DNA of 64,000 nucleotides from positions 83,224,969 to 83,288,968 of the forward strand of contig NC_092370.1 in the NCBI RefSeq assembly GCF_030028105.1, read 5' to 3'. The notes beneath the pieces were generated by a model. That model worked only from the letters and a program-made list of their open reading frames with translations. It was not told the origin of the DNA and did no database searches. Made by a program: the position numbers and the translations under genes. The stretch is from Mobula birostris (lineage: Eukaryota). Positions 49,207 to 62,566 of the stretch are shown piece after piece (the first letter of the stretch is position 1; each line of letters starts with the position of its first letter).

Positions 49207-50595
49207 TCTAGACCTGTTAGCCTGACGTTAGTGGTTGGGAAGTTGTTGGAATTCACTGTTAGGGATGAGATTACGAAGTACCTGGAGGCACATGACAAGA
49301 TAGGCCAAAGCCAGCATGGTTTCCTGAAAGAAAAATCCTGTCTGACAAACCTACTGGAATCCTTTGAGGAAATTACGAGCAGGGTAGACAAAGGAGATGT
49401 AGTAGATGTGGTGTACTTGGATTTTCAGAAGGCCTTTGGCAAGGTGCCACACATGAGGCTGCTTAGCAAGATAAGAGCCCGTGGAACTACAGGAAAGTTA
49501 CCAGCGTGTGTGAAGCATTAGCTGGTTGGCAGAAAACAGAGTGGGAATAAAGGGATCCTATTCTGGCTGCCGGTAACCAGTGGAGTTCCACGGGGTCATT
49601 GTTGGGACCGCTGCTTTTTACGATGCATGTTGATGATTTGGACTAAGGTATTAATGAAATTGTGGCTGAATTTGCCGATGATACAAAGATAGGTGGAGGA
49701 GCGGGTAGTGTTGTGGAAACAGAGAGCCTGCAGAGAGAGACTTAGATAGTTTAGGGGAATGGGTAAAGAAGTGGCAAATGAAATACAATGTTGGAAAGTG
49801 TATGGTCATGCACTTTGGTGGCAGAAATAAATAGACTATTATCTAGATGGGAGGAGAATTCAAAATGCAGAGACGCAAAGGGACTTGGGAGTCCTTGTGC
49901 AAGATACCCTTAAGGTTAACGTCCAGGTTGAGTCGGTTGTGAAGAAGGTGAATAAAATGTTGGCATTTGTTACTAGAGGTATAGAATGTAAGAGCAGAGA
50001 TGTAATGTTGAGGCTCTATAAGGTACTTGTGAGACCACACTTGGAGTATTGTGTGCAGTTTTGGGTTCTTTATTTTAGAAAGGATATACTGACATTGCAA
50101 AGAGTTCAGAGAAGATTCACGAGAATGATTCCAGGAATGAAATGATTACTGTATGAGGAACGTCTGGCAGCTCTTGGGCTGTATTCCCTGGAGTTCAGGA
50201 GAATGAGGGGGGATCTCATAGAAACATTCCAAATGTTAAAAGCCCTGAACAGATTAGATATGGTAAAGTTATTTCCCATGGTAGATGATTCTAGGACAAG
50301 AGGGCATGACTTCAAGATTGAAGGACGTCCTTTTAGAACTGAGATGCGGAAAAGTTACTTTAGTCAGAGGGTGGTAAATCTGTGGAATTTGTTGCCACGA
50401 GTGGCTGTAGAGGCCAAGTCATTGGGTGCATTTCAGGCAGAGATAGATAGGTTCTTGATTAGCCAGGGCATAAAAGGGTCTGGGGTGAAAGCAGTGGAGT
50501 GGGAATAATGGAAGACTTGGATCAGCCCATGATTGAATGGCAGAGCAGACTCGATGGGCTGAATGGCCCACTTCTGCTCCTACATCTTATGGTCT
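49207..50595 (+). mobile_element. CR1 LINE RT to 3' end
   Basis: RPVSLTLVVGKLLE, SCLTNLLE, VYLDFQKAF, FADDTK, LVRPHLEYCVQFW and RGDLIE. Confidence 0.9.
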
Positions 50596-50739
50596 TCATC
50601 TGCCCCCTAGCTACCCATTCTACCAGCCTGCCCAAATCTCCCTGAACAGAAAAAATTGCCTGAGAAACTCAGCAGGTTAGGCAGCATCTGTAGAGAGTAA
50701 TGGGCATTTGACATTCTGGTTCTGGATGAAGGGTCTTAG

Positions 50740-51348
50740 CAGTGGTCTAAGAACACTGAAGCTGTCTACAAGAAGGGTCAGAGCCGTCTCTATTTCCTGA
50801 GGAGACTGAGGTCCTTTAATATCTGCCGGACGATGCTGAGGATGTTCTACGAGTCTGTGGTGGCCAGTGCTATCATGTTTGCTGTTGTGTGCTGGGGCAG
50901 CAGGCTGAGGGTAGCAGACACCAGCAGAATCAATAAACTCACTTGTAAGGCCAGTGATGTTGTGGGGATGGAACTGGACTCTCTCACGGTGGTGTCTGAA
51001 AAAAGGATGCTGTCTAAGTTGCATGCCATCTTGGTCAATGTCTCACATCCACTACATAATGTACTGGGTGGGCACAGGAGTACATTCAGCCAGAAACTCA
51101 TTCCTCCAAGATGCAGCACAGAGCGTCATAGGAAGTCATTCCTGCCTGTGGCCATCAAACTTTACAACTCCTCCCTTGGAGGGTCAGACACCCTGAGCCG
51201 ATAGGCTGGTCCTGGACTTATTTCATAATCTACTGGCATAATTTACATATTACTATTTAACTATTTATGGTTCTATTACTATTTATTATTTATGGTGCAA
51301 CTGTAACAAAAACCAATTTCCCCCGGGATCAATAAAGTATGACTATGA
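50740..51348 (+). mobile_element. Rex1/Babar-type LINE 3' fragment nested in an old fold-back PLE end (~50645-51447)
   Basis: KGQSRLYFLRRLRSF, FYESVVASA and SFLPVAIKLYN; AATAAAG(TATGAC)n tail. Confidence 0.8.
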
Positions 51349-52424
51349 CAAAACTTTGACTGTCCATTTCCCTCTACAGATGCTGTCTGAGCTGCAGAGC
51401 TTGCTTTTTCCTCTGGACTCCAGTAGCTGCATTGCCTTGTGTCTCTAACTCTCCTTAAAATCTATTGGTAACCTCTTCATATTTCAATATAGTATCAAGC
51501 TTTGTTTCATTAAAGTTAACATCAAGACACCTCCAATCAAATAAAATAAATTTGGGACTTTCTTCAGGTTACCTCACGAGCTGTGCTGTGTGCGCCAAGT
51601 GCTGGCAAAAAAATTGCATTTATGTTGCATTTTCAGTTGGGCTTTGAACTGGTTTCCAAGTTTATTGTCGGAGAGGCTTTACTAGCAATACTGTCGAGTC
51701 AAACTAGACTTATAAAGTATTGACATATACAAGAGCACCTGGACACTTTCCAGATACTTACTGAGCAAATGTTCCTTCCTTCATAAAATTATGAAAATGT
51801 AACAGCTTCAAGCAGTACCGCATTAGTTTATCACCAGTCTGGGTCTGATTGTAGAAAATAAAACTTGTATTTACTTATGTTACTTCATTGGAATACTATC
51901 GTGATACCACTGTTGTACAAAGCATGGCTACTTTATTGCACAGTGAGATCTCAAAGGCACCACTGGAATGATGGACTAGACATTTATCCTTTGGTAGCAA
52001 AAGAACCAAAAGTAACCAGAGGATTTTTTTTATTATGGAGCAAGAGGTTAGTGTCTGCAACGCTGTGATGGAGTGCAGGGAGCCCATTCAATTTTACTGT
52101 ATCAAAGGAGGCTGGAAAAGGTACTTGACAGGAAGGAAACCTTGGGGCTGTGGAGATTGGACATGTAAATGGAAATACATCGTTCCTCTAATACAGAGCC
52201 AGAATGAATCTGCTGGGCTGAACTACCTCTTTCTGGGATGTAGTATATATGCTAGGAGCATGATATAGAAATGTTAGCTTGCTGAAAACTGCTTCAAAAA
52301 TTTAGCTCCAATCTTACTGTGTTTTTAGATGTACGACAGAGCACTATTTTCTATTCCGTTCCAGAGATAATGGTTGTGAGACAATTTCCAAACAAAGAAT
52401 ATGAGAGAGAATGAGGCCAAATAG

Positions 52425-53845
52425 CATCTCTGCTAGTAATCTTTCCTGTAATACCATGGGCTCTCGTATTGTTAAGCAATGTCATGTGTGGCACCTTGTC
52501 AAAGGCCTTCTGAAAATCCAAGTAAACAACATCCACTGATTCTCTTTTGTCTTTCCTACCTGTTATTTCCTCGAAGAATTCCAATAGATTTGTCAGGTAA
52601 GATTTCCCCTGAAGGAAACCATGTTGACTTCAATCTACTTTATGATGTGCCTCCAAGTACTCTGAAACCTCCTCCATAATAACGGACTCCAACATCTTTC
52701 CAAACACTGAAGTCAGACTGACTGGCCTATATTTTCCTTACTTCTGCCTCCCTCCCTTCTTGAAGGATGAATCAGAATCAGGTTTAATATCACCGGCATA
52801 TGTCGTGAACTTTGATAACTTTGACTGAAGTGACATTTGCATTTTCCAGTCCTCTGGAACCATTCCAGAATGCAGTGATTCTTGAAAGATCATTACTAAT
52901 GCCTCCACAAACTGCTCAGCTACCTCTTTCAGAACCCTAGGGTGTAGTCCATCTGGTTCAAATGACTTATCAACATTCAGACTTTTCAGCTTCCCAAGCA
53001 CCTTTTCCTTAGTAATGACAACTACACTCACTACTGCCCCTTGACAGTCCCAAATATCTGGTGTACTCCTGCTGTTTTCCACAGTGAGACTAATACAAAA
53101 TACTTTTAAAGTTCATCAGCTATTCCTTTGTCCCAGGTACTACCTCTCCAGCAATATTTTCCATCCCTTTTACTCTTTATAAACTGTATCCGAAAAAAAA
53201 AAACTTTTGGTATCACCTTTTATATTACTGGCTTGCTTACCTTCATATTTCATTTTTTCTTTCTGTTTTTGTTTTCTGTTACCTTCTGTTTGCTTTTAAG
53301 AACTTCCCAATCCGCTAACTCCTCACTGATGTCCTCTTTACATCCTTGTAGAATGCGTGGGTTTTCTTTGGGTGCTTCGGTTTCTGAACACATTCCAACA
53401 ATGTACCAGGTACATAAGTTGGTCATTGTACATTGTAAATTGTCCCGTTATTATGTTAGGGTTAATTTGGGGTAGCTGGGCCACAGGACTTATTCCACAT
53501 TATATCACTAAATAAAAATAAAATAAATAACTTTTTGCTATAACAGATGTCCTCTTTTTTGCTTTTATGCTGCCTTTGACTTCTTTGTCAGCCACGGTTG
53601 GCTCATCCTCCCTTTAGAATACTACTACTTTGGAATCCATCTATTGCGCACCTTTTGAATTACTCCCAGAAGCTCCAGCCTTTGCTGTTCTGCCATCATC
53701 CCTGCTAGTGTCCCCTTCCAATCATCTTTGGCTAGTTCTTCTCCCATTGTAAATTGTGCCCCATATTCTAGCTACTGTTCAGTGGCATATATATAACTCC
53801 CATCAGGGTCTTTTTACCCTTGCATTTTCTTAACTCTACCCACAA
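52425..53845 (-). mobile_element. CR1 LINE fragment (APE-RT), antisense to the gene
   Basis: Minus-strand PDGLHPRVLKEVA and VYLDFQKAFDKVPH. Confidence 0.85.
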
Positions 53846-55134
53846 TGAACCAATATAGTTGGTTTATATACGGTAGGTCAGCACAGTAGTGTGCAAAGAG
53901 CATGCATTGTGTTGCACTGTTCCATGCTTTGTGTTCTGTTTATAAACATTTGTTGCATCGCAACTGAAATGATGTGCCCAATTGTGGCCACATCCCTAAA
54001 GGAAGCATGGGGGGGGCGTGGAGAAAAGCTTTAAAGCATTAATTAAGTGGTTCCATGGATAGGGAAGGGTTAGATTGGAAATTGGAACTGTTCTCTTTGG
54101 AGATTGAGAAGAGATTTGACAGGCATAAACAAAACAATGATGGCTTTAGACAAGGTAGCACTGCTCCCATTATAGGAAGAATCAAGATCTGTGATACAGA
54201 GTGAAAGTAAAGGCCATAAGGTACAAGGGAGAATGTAAAGTTATATAGAGTTATACAGCATAGAATCAGGCATTTCAGCCCGACTCTTGAGCTGATTTCA
54301 TTTCCCTGCAATTGGCTCATATCTCTCCAAACTTTTCTTATCTGTGCACCTCTTCAAATGTCTTTTAAAGATTATATTTGGGCACAACTGCTTCCTCTGG
54401 CAGCTCGTTCCACATAATCACCACTCTCTGTATGAGACAGTTGCCACTTAGGTCCTTTTTAAATTGATCCCACCTCAGTTTAAACCAATGTCCTCTAATT
54501 TTAGACTCTCCTACCCTGACTGTAATCATTCAGTTTATCTATGCCCCTTGTGATTTTATAAACCTCTATAAGGTTACCCTCAGCCTTCTATACTCCAAGA
54601 AAAATGGAGACAGCCTATCCAAGCTTTTCTTATCACTTCCAGGCAACACTCCTGTGAATCTATTCTATCTCCTCTCTAGCTTAATCATATCTTTGTGAGG
54701 CATTTTTCTATATGCAGGTAGTGATGATGTTTTGGAAAACATTGCCTATTAGGGTATAGAAACAGAGGCAATCAGAGCCTTCAAAGCAGAGTAATCTGCA
54801 AGGCTACACGTGGAAATGGGATTTGGTGATGGGCGTCAGCATAGACTTAATGGGCCCAATGTCCTGATTCAGTGTTAATGCAGTACTGTGGTGATTGGCC
54901 AGGACCTTTCAGCTAATGCCCTTTGCATTAGTTTTGTGCCGGTAGGTAGAGGAAGGTAGATCCAAAGGATGACACGTACAACAGTGCAATGCTCTTTCAG
55001 TCCAGCCCCTGGAGTGAGATGTGAATCTATTGCTTCATAATCTGAAGCAAGCATCCATTATATGAAACCATCTCATTCTTTGTGAGCGTACTTCAGTCTC
55101 CTATTTGTTTTGGCATCAAAACTGTCCCCAAAAG

Positions 55135-56220
55135 GTTGATGAAAGAACGAGGGTGGATGTTGTCTACATGGAATTTGGAAAGTGCTTAACAAGGTCCCAC
55201 ATGGAAGGCTGGTGTAGAAGGTTAAGTCATTTGGCATTCAGGATGAAGTAGTAAATTAGATTCAATATTGGCAGTGGGAGAAGCTAATGAGTGGTTGTAG
55301 ATGGTTGTCTTTCTGAATGGGGCCTGTGACTATTGTTGTGCCACAGGGATTAGTGTTGGGTCCATTGTTGCTTATGATCTATTTTAATAATTTAGGTGAT
55401 AATGTGGTAAACTGGATCAGCAAGTGGATGGATGGCACCATGATTGGAGCATAGTGGGCAGCAAGAAAAGCTATCAAAGCTTGAAGAATGGCCTTGACCA
55501 ACTGGGAAAATGGGATGAAAACTAGCTAATGTGTGCAGTAGAAATGGGAATACAGATCCATAATTCCTTGAAAGTAGCATCACAGGTAGAAAGCATCATG
55601 AAGAGAACCTTTAGCGCAATGGCCTCATAAATCTGGCCACTGAGAACAGAAGTTGGGATGGTATGTTGAGGTTGTATAGGATGTTGATGAGGCAAAATTT
55701 GAAGTATTGTTTGCAGACTGGTCACCCACCAGTTATCAATAAATTTAAAAGCGTGTGGAGAAAATTTACAGAGATGCTGCTGGGACTTGAGGATATGAGT
55801 TAAAGGGGGAGGTTGAATCATTTCAGGATTTTATTTCCTGGAGTGCAGGATAATGAGAGGAGATATTATAGAAATATACAAAATTATGAGGGGTATAGAT
55901 AGGGTGAATGCACGCAGGGGTTTTCCCCCTCTGGTTTGGTGAGAATAGAGCTAGGGGTCATTTGTTTAGTGTGAAAGGTGAAATATTTAAGGGGAATCTG
56001 AAGGAGAACTTCTTCACTCAGAGGGTGGCGTGAGTGTGGAATGAGCTGCCAGTGTAAGTGGTAGATGCGGGTTCAATTGTAACACTGAAGAGAAGTTTGG
56101 ATAGGGACATGGATTAGAGGGATATGGAGGACTCTCATCTGGGTGCCTGGAGATGTGGCAATGCAGGAGTCCAGGCTGGCATGGACTAGATGGGCCAAAG
56201 AGCCTGGTTCTGTGCTTTAG
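55135..56220 (+). mobile_element. CR1 LINE RT to 3' end, decayed
   Basis: VDVVYMEFGKCLT/KVPHGRL, PQGLVLGPLL and MRGDIIEIYKIMRGIDR remnants. Confidence 0.75.
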
Positions 56221-57257
56221 AGTTTGGGACGTCATGGTGGTGGTGGTACAGGACGATTGTGGGGCAACATTTTGAGTATTATGATATGTTTTGGTCACCT
56301 TGCTATTGGAAATAGGTTAATAAATTGGAAAGAGTGTAGAAAAGATTTACAAGGAAGATGACACAGCTTGATGGACTGAGTTACAGGGGAAGTTAAACGG
56401 GATTGAACTTAGCATATGGAGACTGTGAGGTTGATCATATAGAGGTGTATAGAGTCAGTGAGGCTTAGATAAGGTTTGAGGCAGGTACAATAACAAGTTT
56501 TAAAAGACAGTTGGACGGGTATATGGCAAGTTGGGTGAGATTGGATGGGGCATCTTGTAGCCTGGAGCAGTTGAGCCAAAAGGGCTGTTTCCAAGCTACC
56601 TAACTCTATGACTACAAGGAACTCTGCCATTAAACTTGTACTCGCCTTCAAGTTTGAGTTAGTGCATTTAATGAACAGTGAATATTGCTGATACTTTAAG
56701 GAAAGAAATTGTTGGAGGCAGGGAAGTAACGTGCTGGGTGGATCACAAAGAGTGCATCTGTCCATCTACCAAAAATAATCATAAATGTGATTAAACAGTT
56801 CCAAGAAGGAGAGTGCTGGAGAGTAAATTGGACTGAAGAGATATACAGGAAATGGAAAGCTGTCTGCTCCCTGATATTGCCAAGTGAAGGCTGGCTGTGG
56901 GGGAGAATTGAGTTATGAAACAGTGTGCAGAAAGCTGGAGAAGGTGGGAGTTGGAAGGTACTGAGCTGAGTAGATGAGGCACTTAAGGGGTAATGTACTG
57001 ATGAAAATTTACATTTCTGTAGTGAGGTTCATGTCTAATAGAGTGTTCGATCCAATGAAGTTTCATGAGCTCTGGATATCTAACAGAGAGTTCGATCCAA
57101 TGAAGTTTGAAGTGTAGCTGCTGTAGTAATGTAGGAAAATCAGCAGCCAGTTTGTGGTCACAACACATCTGCACAAAAATCTGTCTGTACATATAAACAG
57201 ACCACACAGGTATACAAGCACAAACATGTTCCTTCTTTACCTCTCCCCAACTCTAAA

Positions 57258-58818
57258 TAGGTTTCCCCCACCATCCGAAGGTACAGCGTCACTATGAAAC
57301 GGTTCGTAAGCCGAAATGTCGTAAAGCGAAGAAGCAATTACCATTTATTTATATGGGAAAATTTTGTGAGCGTTCTCAAACCCAAAAATAACCTACCAAA
57401 TCATGCCAAATAACACATACAACCTAAAATAACAGTAACATATAGTAAAAGCAGGAATGATGTGATAAATACACAGCCTATATAAAGTAGAAATACTTTT
57501 CCACAATCATTACTGAACTGTTCTCCGTAGCGAAAATCTCACGCAAGCGCCGTCGGCAGAAAATCTCAGGCAAGCGCTGTTGGCCAAAACACGGCGCAAG
57601 CGCTCTCCAGTAACCTTTAAGCTATGAAGCTGCCAAATCATACCAAATAACACGTTAAAAATACACAGCCTATATAAAGTAGAAATAATGTATCTACAGT
57701 GTAGTATCACTTATCGGAATTGGTTCAGCGCCGAGCACACTGATGATGGTGTGTTAGGCTGAGTCGTCGGAGTTTGGGTGGTGCAGTGGCCCCCACCCTC
57801 CAGGCCACTGAGCGATACATTGCCGCGAAGAACGCAGGGGTCCAGCAGTAGCCAGGAGGTACACAGCACATCTTTAAGAAAAAAGCCGAAACAAACATGC
57901 TAATTAATTAGGTGCCGCCCGTAATTGTCGGCCCAGATCAGTGCTGATTTCCGATTGCGTTGTCTCTGATCTGGACCGACAATTACGTGTTGGCGGCACC
58001 TAATTAATTAGCATGTTTATTTCGGCTTTTTTCTTAAAGATGTGCTGTGTGCCTCCCGGCTACCTTTGCATTCTCCGCGAATCGGTATCTGTCCGTGGCC
58101 TGGGGGTTGGGGTGGTGGGACACTGGGGTGTCATCTCGTCGCCTGTTTCCATTAGAGCAGGCAGCTCATCTTCTCCTATGACTGCCCGCCTCGATGTCGA
58201 AGGTCGAGGTTCGTCGTCTGCTGTGGCTGATGTGGAAGGCTTGCTTGACCTCTGACCCTCGCGTATTTTTCTATCACACAGTTCTTTAATAAGGACTCAA
58301 ACCATCCTGCAAATATCCCCTAAACCAACGTACCCTTTTAAAATTAAAGTCGTACTTTATCATTGCTCCTTCGGTTTCGATTGTTATCCTTTTTTCTTCC
58401 AATTGCATCAGCTCTTCATCTGTCAGTTCTTGGTGATGGGATGCCAAAACCTCTTCAACATCATCTTCGTCAACTTCCACAAGCCAAACTCACGTTGTCC
58501 TTACTTCATTCACCACGATCAAAATGCTTAATTATGTCTAGTTTTACCGTAAGTGTAACACCCTTACAAGCTCTTTCAGGCTTTTCCGATACCGTAGAAC
58601 TCGTCTTGCAAACGGCTGCTCACAGGCTCGTGTTTAAGCAATGCCGGCGAGAATCCGGGGGAGAGCTGCTGCTCGGGGCGCGCTGCCTTTTATCGCGCGT
58701 TGAATTTTTTTTCTTAACAGTGAAAACACCTTCTGAAAGCGAAAATAGGGTACTAATGTAGGTCTTTCGTAACAGTGAGGTTTCGTAAAGCGAACGTTCA
58801 AAAAGCGGGGGACACCTG
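57258..58818 (-). mobile_element. Tigger/pogo-like non-autonomous DNA transposon
   Basis: Ends (T)AGGTTTCCCCC / CGGGGGACACCTG with subterminal CGTAAAGCGAA repeats; minus-strand TIGD-like C-terminus EVDEDDVEEVLASHHQELTDEELMQLE. Confidence 0.8.
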
Positions 58819-58924
58819 AATCCTTTCTCTCCCTTCAGCACCCCCTTTCCTAATGCCAAGAAAACTTGTTTCAGTGATATTGATTGAGGGTTAAAATTAG
58901 CCAGAAAGCCTCTGTTCTGTAAAA

Positions 58925-59780
58925 GAGATTGGCTGGTCGAGTGTCGTCATGGCAACGACCTTGCACTCAGTGTCAGCAACACCAAGGAAGTGATTGTAGC
59001 CTTTAGGAAGGGGAAGTCAGGTGAACAACATCGGTCTTCATTGAGGATCAGCATTCTTCAAAGAGTGAGTAGTTTCAAATTACTGGGCTTGTCATCTCAG
59101 ACGATCTATCCTGGGCCCACCATATTGATGCAATCATGGCAAAAGCTCGCCAGCGGCGATACTTCATTGAGAATTTGAGTGGATTTGGTATGCCACCAAA
59201 AACTTAAGCAGATTTCTGCAGATGTACAGTGGAGAACATTCAGACTGGCTGCATCACTGTGTACCAGGGAGACACCAAAGCACAGGATTGTAAGAGATTT
59301 GAGAGTGTTGTATTCTCAGCCTGCTCCATTATGGGCACAAGCCCTCTTTCCATTGAGAAAATCTTCAAAAGGTGGTGCCTCAAGAAGGTAACATCCATCA
59401 TTAAAGACCCTCACCATCTAGGAAATTCCCATTTCTCATTACTACCATCAGTGAGGATGTACAGCAGGGTTTCCCCAACCTTTTTTTTAATGCCACAAGC
59501 CACTACCATTAACCGGGGCTGGGGGGAGGGGGGTTGTCCACAGAACCACTAATGTACAGGAACCTGAAGACCCACACTTTACATTTTGGGAACAGCACCT
59601 TTCCCTCTGCTATCAGATTGCTTAACCTTCTATGAACTCGTGAACATTAGCTCAGTCTTCCTCTTTTGCACTATTTATTTTTTATTGTAACTTAGAGTGA
59701 TGTGTTATGCCTGCATTGCACTGATGTCACAAAACATCAAACTTCATGACTTAAGTCAGTGACAATGAGCCTGATTCTGA
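58925..59780 (+). mobile_element. Rex1/Babar-type LINE 3' fragment
   Basis: RVSSFKLLG, ENIQTGCIT and SIIKDPHH; CCTGATTCTGA tail. Confidence 0.75.
59465..59551. mobile_element. hAT-type MITE
   Basis: 8-bp TSD ATGTACAG (59457-59464 and 59552-59559); ends CAGGGTTTC / GAACCACTA. Confidence 0.7.
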
Positions 59781-60629
59781 TCTTCAGCACATTGCTGTAG
59801 GATCCTCAACATTTGCCTGATAGTAAGACTACAGCAGTTTCTAAGCCTGGTGTGTGTGTATTCCAGGACCTACTCTATAGTCTAATATCTGACCTTAGCC
59901 CTTCTCAGACTTTGGATGCACCTTTCAAATCAGCCAGTGTACAACAAGCAAGTTCGCTGAGCTCTACATTCAGCTTGAATGTTGAATAGAATTACACAAT
60001 TGTAGCACAGTTATTTGGCCCTCTGATCCATACCAGCTTGAAGAGCTGTCAAACTCCATGCCTTTTCTCAGCCCTTGGTCTATAAGCTCGTAAATGATTG
60101 TATAAAGGTTATCAGATACTAGCACAAGTAGCCTTTGTGTTCTGACATACTACCTTGTAGTATCTGATTCCACCTTTGCTTTGCCCTTCAACCCCCATCC
60201 CATGCATTTTGCTCTATTTTTCTTTCCCTGCCTCCATCTATCATATACCAACATCTGCCTCCCAGCTCCTCCCCTTCCCTGTCTGACTTGACCTGCCCAT
60301 TATCCTTCATTTCTTCGAGGCCACTGCCCCTCTCCACTGTATGCTGAGTATCTTCCCTCCCCACTGTCAGTCCTGATGCAGGGTTTTGACCCAAAATGTC
60401 AATAATTTCTTCCTCCCCACGACCTGCAAAGTTCTGCCAGCAGATGAGCGTTGCTTTGAAATATTACGTCTGTTACAAGTGACTGGGACTTGAGTACTCA
60501 TCCTGGTAGGACCCCACCGGCTCCAGTCTGTCACCCTGAGAAAGACCACGTTATTCCTAGTTTTCAGCTTAGCTGTTAACTAATTCTCAGCCCACGCTGG
60601 ATTTTTACACAAGTCCTAAACCTGCACCA

Positions 60630-61340
60630 TGTTCAATGTACATGCGTATTGTATATGTTATCATATCCTACCTGGAGATTCATTTTTCTGCAGGCATTTA
60701 CAGGGAAGAATTACAATTGACTATAAAGAAAAGCCTATACATAAACAAAGACTGACCAACATTCGATGTGCAAAAGAAGACAAACTCCAAATAAAAATAA
60801 TACTGAGAGCATGAGTTGTAAAGAGCCCTTGAAAGTGAGTCTGTATGTTGTAGAATCAGTTCAGAGTATTGATGAATGAAGTTATCCACACTGGTTCAGG
60901 AGCCTAATGGTTATGAGGTAATAACTGTTCTAGAAGCTTCTGAACCTCCTGCCGATTGGTAGTATTGAGAAGAGAGCATGGACTGGAAGGTGTGGTCTTC
61001 AATGATGAACGCTGCTACCTTGTTGCAGTGCTCCATGTATATGTATTCAGTGGCGGGGAAGGCTTTGCCTGTGATGGACTGGACTGTGTCCACCACTTTC
61101 TGTTCTTGTGCCTTGATGTTTCCATACCAGGCTGTGATGCAATCAGTTAGAATATTCTCCATTGTGCATCTATTGAAGTTAGTCAATTTTTTTGGCACAG
61201 GTTTTTGCACAGTGGAGAAGATCCTAACTGGTTGCATCACACAAATGCCCAGAAAGGATGTTGAAGTTTTTGGTAGCATGCTGAATCTACGCACACTTCT
61301 AAGAAATAGTGGTGCTGTTGTGCTGCCTTTGTGATGACAT
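60630..61340 (-). mobile_element. Rex1/Babar-type LINE fragment
   Basis: Minus-strand FLRSVRRF and ENILTDCITAWYG. Confidence 0.7.
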
Positions 61341-61469
61341 TTCTGTGCTTTCTTCTGGCACATTGGACCCTTTTCAGTTTGCTTATCACTCAAATTGATC
61401 CACTGACGATGCAATAGCCTCTGCCCTCCACTCTGTTCAGTCCCACCTGGAAAATGAGGTCCCATGTGC

Positions 61470-62566
61470 CAGTCTGTTGTTTATAGACTTCATTTCGATA
61501 TTCAACACCATACCCCAGAAACGGGTGGGAAAATTGTCCTTGCTGGGTCTCAACGCTCCCTCTGCAACTGGACACTGGACTTCTTAACAGTAAGGCCACA
61601 GTCAGTCTGTGTGGGCAGCAGCATCTCTAGTTCCATTACACTGAGCACTGGAGCTCCCCAAAGCTGTGCGCTCAGCCTGCTGCTGTTCACACTGCTGACG
61701 CGTGACTGTGTCGCAGGATCCAGCTCCAGCCATGTCATCAATTTAGCGGATAACACAGCACTGGCTAGCCTTGTCAAGAACAATGATGAGGTGGCGTATC
61801 GAGAGGAAGTGGAGCAGCTGGTGGATTGGGGTGAGAAGAACAACCTAATCCTGAAGAGAAGACAAGGGAAATCATTGTGGACTTCAGGAATGTGGGGAGG
61901 AACCATTCCTCTCTGTGAATACATGGCTCCTCCGAAGAAAGAGTTGTGCACCAAGTTCCTGGGAGTTCACATCATGGATAACATCACCTGGTCCCTTAAT
62001 ATCGCCTCCCTGAACAAGAAGGCACAGCAGCACCTCCACGTCCTAAGAAGACTGAGGCAAACAAGATTTCCCCTCCCCCTCTATCTTAACTGCATTTTAC
62101 AGGAGGACCATTGAGAGCGTCCTGACAAGTTTCATCTCCATCTGGTTTGGGAGCAGTCAAGCATCGAATCAGAAGCCCCTGCAAAGGACTGTGAGAAGAG
62201 CTGAGAGGATCCCACCCATCCATCCAGCATCCTCTTTAACCTTCTACCATCAGGCAAGAGACTACGATGCATTAAAAACAAGAACAGTCAGGTTGAAACT
62301 GTTTCTTCCTCCAAGCCATTAGGCTTCTGAACTTCCAGCCGCATCATATTCGAAGTGTCACTGGTTAATCTGTTCCAGTACAATATTTAATATGAACGCA
62401 CTTTAGTTTGTTATTTATGTGTGATTGATCTGTGGATTTTATCTTTACCTTTGTAAGTGTGTTATGTGTACTACTGTGCTTTATACCCTGGTTCAAAGAA
62501 GCATTGTCTCAGTTTTTTTTATACGTTATGTACATATATATAGTTGAATGACAATAAATTTGACTT
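61470..62566 (+). mobile_element. Rex1/Babar-type LINE RT to 3' end
   Basis: [38 protein letters not shown] and [13 protein letters not shown]. Confidence 0.85.
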
